Positions 49,850-56,547 of a DNA stretch of 56,547 nt are shown here, one piece after another. The notes under the pieces were generated by a model. That model saw only the letters and a list, made by a program, of their open reading frames with translations. It searched no databases and had not been told where the DNA came from. The position numbers and the translations under genes are program-made. The stretch's first letter is position 1. Every line of letters begins with the position of its first letter. Origin of the DNA: Intoshia linei (lineage: Eukaryota > Animalia > Orthonectida); NCBI GenBank assembly GCA_001642005.1, contig LWCA01000085.1, positions 1 through 56,547 of the forward strand, given 5' to 3'.

Positions 49850-50288
49850 TATAACAAAATACTAAAAGACATTAGCTTTTCATTAATAACAAATATTTTG
49901 ACTTTTAATACAACAAATATATTATAATGTTAAATTAACACATTTAATAAAGTACACAAGGCCTGAAATCGTAGGTTTAATTGTTTATAATGATTGAATC
50001 TAAGAAACAGGAAACAATATAACAATTTGAAAAATGGAAAATAGTAATTTTTATTTTAATAATTAATAACATTACAGTCGCATATTTATATATTTTATAT
50101 CTTTCATATAAATATGTATATTATAATGATATTTATATAATTTTTTATGTTAATATCAAAATTTTCAAAATAAATAAGCTAAAATTTTTACCTAAAACTA
50201 AAACAATCTTTTAGAAAATGAATTATATGCATATGACATAAAAAACAGTTGGAATTTTAATAAACCGTTGCATCCCTTAATAAATAGA

Positions 50289-53200
50289 ATGTCAATATTT
50301 TTGAAAAAAATTGTTAATTTATTTGAAAATAATTTAAAAAGTAATATTATTTTAATAATTAATTGTCCAATGTACAAAAGAAATGAAATATTCCAATATA
50401 TTTAGATCCAAAATTATCACATTCAACGTCAATAGAAGGAATCAACGAAAATGCTGAATTATTAAATTCTAGTTCTAGTTCCAATTTTGAAGAATATGAA
50501 TATGAGAAATCAATAGATAATGAAAGTAAATATAATAATTACAATAATTTAATAACATTTTAAATTTAGCATCATACCTGGAAAATTATACTATTGTAAC
50601 TAATAATAATATTAAATATTCTGAAATTGATGTAATACAAATTCAAGATGTTTTAAACTCTGTCTTCATATTAATAAACTTGATTGATTATGATAGACAA
50701 AAATTGATGCATTTATATAATGTGGATAAAGAAAGATTAAATATTTTGACCGACAGATTAGACAAATTAGCCATTACACGTGCCATAAATTACGAAAATA
50801 GTGTACAAGGAGGTACATGTACATTCAGTTGAGATATTTCATTCATCTTAGAGCGACATAATCACCGATTTTGCTAATTAATCATTATATTGATTTTTTA
50901 CTTTCTTTTTTTTGTGGGTGGGAAAATTTTTTTATTTTTCAAAATAATTTTGGTAGGGTTTTAAGAGAAGTTTTTTTTTTTACCCAATTTTTAAAGATTT
51001 TGAAGATAATTTTGGTATGGTCAAATAGTAAAATTCCCCCTAAGGGTAATTTCCCTGTTGAGAACCACTGCTCTAGAGAATAGACGTCAATATCTACATC
51101 AATATATTTTTATTTGCATAAAATATAATTTTATATAGTACACCAGAAAAGTGCAGATGAAATTGTTTCATTAAAAGTTAAAACTCAGTTAATTGCAAAT
51201 AATATGTACAAAATTGATAAGAAAATAAATTTAGCAAATTCTGTTAACAAAAATTTAGTCAATTCTATCGATGAATTGCACAATATAAGGTTTTTTAATT
51301 AATAATTATAATTTATTAAAAATTGACTGCAGACCAAAGGTACAAGAAAAACTTGAAATCGAAAAGGATTTCATATTTAATTTAACAAAAGAAAATGACA
51401 AGGTTTTATTTAAAATCTAGAATATAAAAAAATTAAAATGTTGGTTTATTTTCATTAATTATAAACTTGTATATAATTATATCTATAGATTAAAGATATT
51501 ATTAAACAAAACGAAATGTTATTAAAAAAAACTAATAATAGATTGAAGCAATGTGAAACGGTTATAGAAAAAGAAAAAAATGCCATGAATTTAAAAAAAG
51601 AAAAAAAAGAAGCAGAACTTAAAAATTGCAAGTAATATTTGTACATGTTAAACATACATAATCAATGATTATTAATCATATTTTAAATCTACTGAGTAAG
51701 TACAGTTGCAAAAGTCTACACAAACGTTTAATATTTTGAAATCTCTAATTCTGTATTTTTATTTATTTATAAGAGTATACATGATATACGTCGATATTTT
51801 TTTCATTATTCTTGGTAGAAACTTTTTTGTTGGTTCATATTTACGGGTTTCCTTGCCCATCCCTTTTTTCAGTAAATTCTAGGCATTTTCGATAATATTT
51901 AAATTAGGTAATTGAGAGGGTCATTATAAGACCTCAAATTTTTTGGATTAAAGCCACATTTGTGTTGTTACGATGTATTCTTGGGATCATCGTCTAGTTT
52001 TTATGATTTATATTTAGAAATAAACTGACAATTGAAAATAACAATAATAAAACAATTTTGGCTAATATAGAAAAATCAAAGAAATTAACCAAAAATAATG
52101 AGCTTAAAGCAATTGAATATGAAGAAAAAATAAATTATTTAGCAAAAAAAAAAGAAACAATGATTGAAACAGTAAATTTGAATAAATTGTTAAATAAAAA
52201 AAAATATAGCACAAGATGTTACAATCCGAAATGGAAAAAAAAGAATTTATTTGTGGACGTGAATATAATAAAAACAAAAAATTGACAGAAAAACTAAACA
52301 AAAATGTAATTTAACTTTACGTACAATATTCTCTACCTAGCTTACCAATTTGTTGCCATGTTGGAAATCCCAACTTTAAACTAAATAATTTTATAATAGT
52401 AGAGAATCATAATTACAATTTGGCGAAATGTAACAACTATGACACCAGAAACCATTATAATAGAATTAATTTATACTAGAAAATGTTTCACACCTTGGTC
52501 TTCCCTGTTAAATTTTTAAACAAATTTTTCGATGCAAATAATTTATCCTAAGTTATATAATATGCTACGCGATTTTTGTTTGTGTGTGTGTCTTACTTTA
52601 TTTAAATAACTACCCTTCTTAGAATTTTATAAAGTCCACATTTCAATTACAGTTTGCTCCGGGGGTGTTCGCAAACTTAATTTAAACCTCCCAATTTCAC
52701 ATCTTACGGGTTAAAAACCCCAGTTGTCCCTCTTTCTGAAAATCAAACGAGTTGGAGAATTTAAAAAAATATATACGCTGATATGGATTTTAAAATCATA
52801 AACATTACCATACATTTAAATTTAACAAAAATTATATCTTCAGGGCCAAAACCACAAATTACCCTTCTTTTTTTAATAAAAACAGCCCTATAATTTAAAA
52901 AAATTTACAGGTGGTACAGTTGTATCCTGTTAACACACACAAAAATACAACTTCACGGTCAAAAAAGCATTTTAGTATTCATATATTTTTTTTTCGAAAT
53001 ATTTTATTAAAACAAAAAATGTGAAATAATTAACGGTCCGAAAATTAAAAAAAAAATCATTCTGATAGAGCTTATTCTAGTTGATATAAATACACTAGTT
53101 CATACCCGAGAAATCTATGCATTCCAGATGAAAAATAATTTTTAATATATTATCAACCAATAATGATCAATTATTTCGATTAAAATAAAAATTGAAAATA

Positions 53201-55405
53201 TAAATATTGATCCTACAATTTCAAAATAATGTGCAGTGAACGTCTACATATTTCCAATAAAGAAATATGGATGAAAATCTATATAATTCATTCCTTCGCA
53301 ATTTTTAAATTTAAAATTCTCATTTTCAAAACATTTTAATACAATTTAAATACAAACTAAACAACGAAAATAAATCAACTTTGTTAATAGCATTTTTATA
53401 TTTATTAATAATATTACAATCCTTTGCAATTTTGGAAAAATTCGACTAAAATATTCACTTTTACAAACTACCCCATCATTCTGAAGAATGACTGAAACTA
53501 CAAACGGACGGTAACATATACATTACATAAATGAAAATTTAGAGAGAATTTTTTAATTCAAAATGTGAGGAAAATAATAATACTTTGAAAAATCAGAATT
53601 ACGATTTAAATACAATATCATTAGAAAGAAAAGATTTTTCTGATAAAATGACTGCAAGTATAAAAAAGAATGAAAGATGGTAAAATTGAAAAAAATAATA
53701 AAAATTTTGTTAGTAGAAAAAAATGCATACAATTGGAAAAATCATTAAAAATGTATTTGAACGATAAAACAAAAACTGAAAAAAATAATCAAGATGCTTT
53801 AGAAGAGGTACAATTTTGATACAATTAAAAAATATAAGAAATTCTAAACACTATTACAAAAAAATGACGAAAAAATTTAGTTGGCTGAAATGAAAGAAAG
53901 ACATAAAAAAATTATAGAAAAATTAAATACACTCATATCCCAATCAGCAGCAAATGAACACCTTCTTTTAGTATGATATGATAATTATTAATACGAATAT
54001 ATTTTTTAGAACAACATTTCAAACGTTAAAAACAGTATCAGGGAGATAATCAAATCTAGACATTCAATTGAATCAATTATGAAAGAGGAAAATGAGAATT
54101 TAGAAAATGATAAAGAAATTCATTTGAAACAAATGGAAAAAGTAAAATAAAAATTATTGGTTGCAAATTTTTAGTATACATTTGCGCGTGATCAAATAAA
54201 AACATTAGTAAAAAACGGAAATGCAAAAATTTTTCAATTATTGTTATTACTCGATGAACGCAAACAGGTAAAAAAATTATCATTTTTTTTGAATATTTAG
54301 GAAATTAAATCTTCGTCAAAAAAATTTAATTCAGAAACCAGTAAATACGAAGAAATGGAATCTAAACGAAATAAAATGTTACTAGATCAAAATAATTCCA
54401 AAAATGAATTACAAGTTTCATTTTATTTACTTTTACATTAATTAATTTAGGAAATTTTAAATGAGTTAAATTTGAAAAATATAAACATTAAGAAATCCTG
54501 CGAAAAATTAAAAAACCAAAATGAAGACTTAATTTCTGCTACGATAACTATGAATAAAAATATTGATACATTGATCATTGAAAATGAAGTATTACAGTAA
54601 TTTATTGTTGTTATATATTTAATGGACAATAATTTACATGTTTTTTCTAATCAGGTCAAAAGTTAAAGTAAAGAGAAAAGAAAATGAAGAATTGTGTTTT
54701 GATAATAGTTCAATTCAAACAGCAATTGATAACGCAATCTGTAATTAAATTTATTTAATTGATAGGGTCATATGAGCAATTTCTAGTTTGAACCAATTTT
54801 ATTTTGTCAATATGACATTTGTATGATTTTCATTATAAAAATTACGTCATTAGAACCGACATTTAGTAAACAGTTATCCAAAACTGTTAATAATAGCATC
54901 AATGATAGACTATTTAGCAAGAGAACAGTCTGGTAGATATGAACATAAAATACTATTCAAAAATCGATGTCAATATTTACAATTACAAAAGGTGAATTTT
55001 TTAATTGTTAAGACTAACATTTTTAGGAACAATTGAATAAAATCTACAGTGATAACGATAACTATCACAAGATTTTTTTGAATAATAATGAAACAATAAT
55101 AAAATTAAACCATGTTATTTCCAATACTTTGCAAGTACAATATAAACAATGGTTTCTGAAACTTAGTACAGAAAAGGTATTTAAAATTTTCATTTTTAAA
55201 AAGTTTTTAGTTACACTTGAATCAAATCAACCTTATTTCAAAAAGCCAAAGACATCATAAAAATTACTACAATTTATATGAAAACCTTATAAATACTAAC
55301 CAAATAATATCTTGGCATAATGTTCTTTCAACCAATAATATAAATAAAATTGTTACCGAAACAGTGGATAAAATCAACAGATATATAAGAAACGAAATGA
55401 TATGA
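50289..55405 (+). CDS. Long coiled-coil protein, possibly CCDC178-like
   Basis: Many small K/E/N-rich exons from ATG 50289 to TGA 55403-55405 (5' junctions checked for phase). The segment LIDYDRQKL...DKERLNIL...LDKLA...VQGVHQKSADEIVSLK recalls the CCDC178 N-terminal region (recalled similarity only). Confidence 0.6.
52546..53460 (+). mobile_element. Longest Helitron-like copy (subfamily B), intronic
   Basis: A|TCCTAAGTTATATAATATG...GTTTGTGTGTGTGT, three subunits, then a distal segment whose reverse complement recurs at ~38340-38640 and ~56340-56500. The 3' boundary is uncertain. Confidence 0.7.
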
Positions 55406-55475
55406 GTTTAATATGATAAATAAATATTTTATTGGTAAATATCAAATTTAATAATTTACTATAATAATGCCAATT

Positions 55476-55686
55476 TTAACCAACAAATTTGGACCATAAT
55501 CTCATACACGAAACTTTAATTCTGTCATAAAATGCACTTGTTGAATCTAAAGCTGGTCTCACATCCAAAATAGTTGTATCTTGTTCGTTTGATGAGCTGG
55601 GGTTGTTGTAATAATCAATAAGATACCGAACATTTTCACCACAACGATTTACATGCCAATCGTGTCTATCGAAAGGCAGAGGGTTT
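55476..55686 (-). CDS. HCCS: Holocytochrome-c synthase (cytochrome c heme lyase), last exon; upstream exons not found in window
   Basis: [26 protein letters not shown]...[21 protein letters not shown], the diagnostic HCCS C-terminal motifs. Acceptor at 55687-55688, stop at 55476-55478. Confidence 0.93.
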
Positions 55687-56547
55687 CTAGGAAAAGATTA
55701 AAAATATAATATCTAAATCAGGGGTGCATAATAGGGTGTCACATCAAATATTTTTTTAAGATATTCAAAAACATATTCAGTACATTAGGTGTAATTTAAA
55801 AAAAAATAAAAAGGTCTACCAGGGTAAAATAAGTATTATTCTTTCTTTTTAATCCTCTATTTTTATGAGGTTATCTATTAAATCAGATGATTAATTTTGA
55901 AAATGGCTCATTAACGAATGTGCGTTTATCAATTAAGTAATTAACAAAAATTAGCTAAATGTAAGTTTATTTTCAAGTTTTTTTTACAAAAACTCAAATT
56001 CCTGCTTTGTCTGTGGAAAAAAATTAAAAATGTTTGTATAATTTAATAAAACGAACTGAGCTGTATCATCTACAATTGACGTTGTAGTGATATATCGCTA
56101 TCATAGTAATCGAGATTCGAATATATACTTTTGATATAACTCATTTGTGATGTCTAACTAGCAACGTGGCTATAGTCATATAATTGTATAATAATAAATA
56201 AAATAAACAACCAAAAAAATAAATTCTCGTTGAAAATCTAAATTAAAAATCCTATTATCGTTATTATCAATCCTTCAAAGGAGTAGTTCCCGAACTTGTT
56301 TTAGGTGGAACCATCATATCACATTACTTTTTACATTAAAGTGAATTGTTCCATCGTAATTTTTTTTTGTTAAAAATTTTATACAAAATATTTTGAAAAT
56401 GAAAATTAAAAATTCCGAAAAAATGAATTATATTAATTTTCACCCATATTTCTTTATTGGAAATGTGTAGACGTTCACTGCACATTTTTTCAAATTGCAA
56501 AGATGTCAACCAAGTAAGCAATTTTGTGAAATTGGTTTTTGTCATTG

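Noticed and set aside
53477-53515. CTGAAGA-ATGACT-GAAAC minimal hammerhead core
   Set aside because: No pairing partner for stem I. Better explained as a small hairpin or chance.

Overview
Very AT-rich, gene-dense eukaryotic (metazoan) genomic DNA. Most introns are tiny GT-AG introns of about 35-45 nt, and the longer ones are filled with non-autonomous transposons. This architecture suggests a compact parasite genome such as the orthonectid Intoshia (inference, not verified). By manual splicing I reconstruct 13 protein genes, in order: an hnRNP A1-like RRM protein (5' truncated) whose low-complexity tail is built from five tandemly duplicated 123-nt exons; a coiled-coil protein; an NRF-6/acyltransferase-3 protein with degenerate catalytic motifs; tropomodulin; intronless OST48/DDOST; Rab GDI; an orphan type-I membrane glycoprotein; a MAST kinase with HKD in place of HRD; a Src-family kinase; ABHD12; a Rho GTPase; a CCDC178-like coiled-coil protein; and the last exon of HCCS. 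Intergenic and intronic space holds about 13 fragments of a Helitron-like family built from ~125-130 bp subunits, several pogo/Tigger-type and hAT-type MITEs (some nested, with intact TSDs), and mariner and MULE transposase relics. I see no tRNA, rRNA or CRISPR array, and no self-evident new multi-gene system. The best leads are the hnRNP exon array with internal alternative acceptors, the putative pseudo-acyltransferase, the possibly exonised MULE relic in front of it, and the tightly convergent gene ends with back-to-back poly(A) signals.
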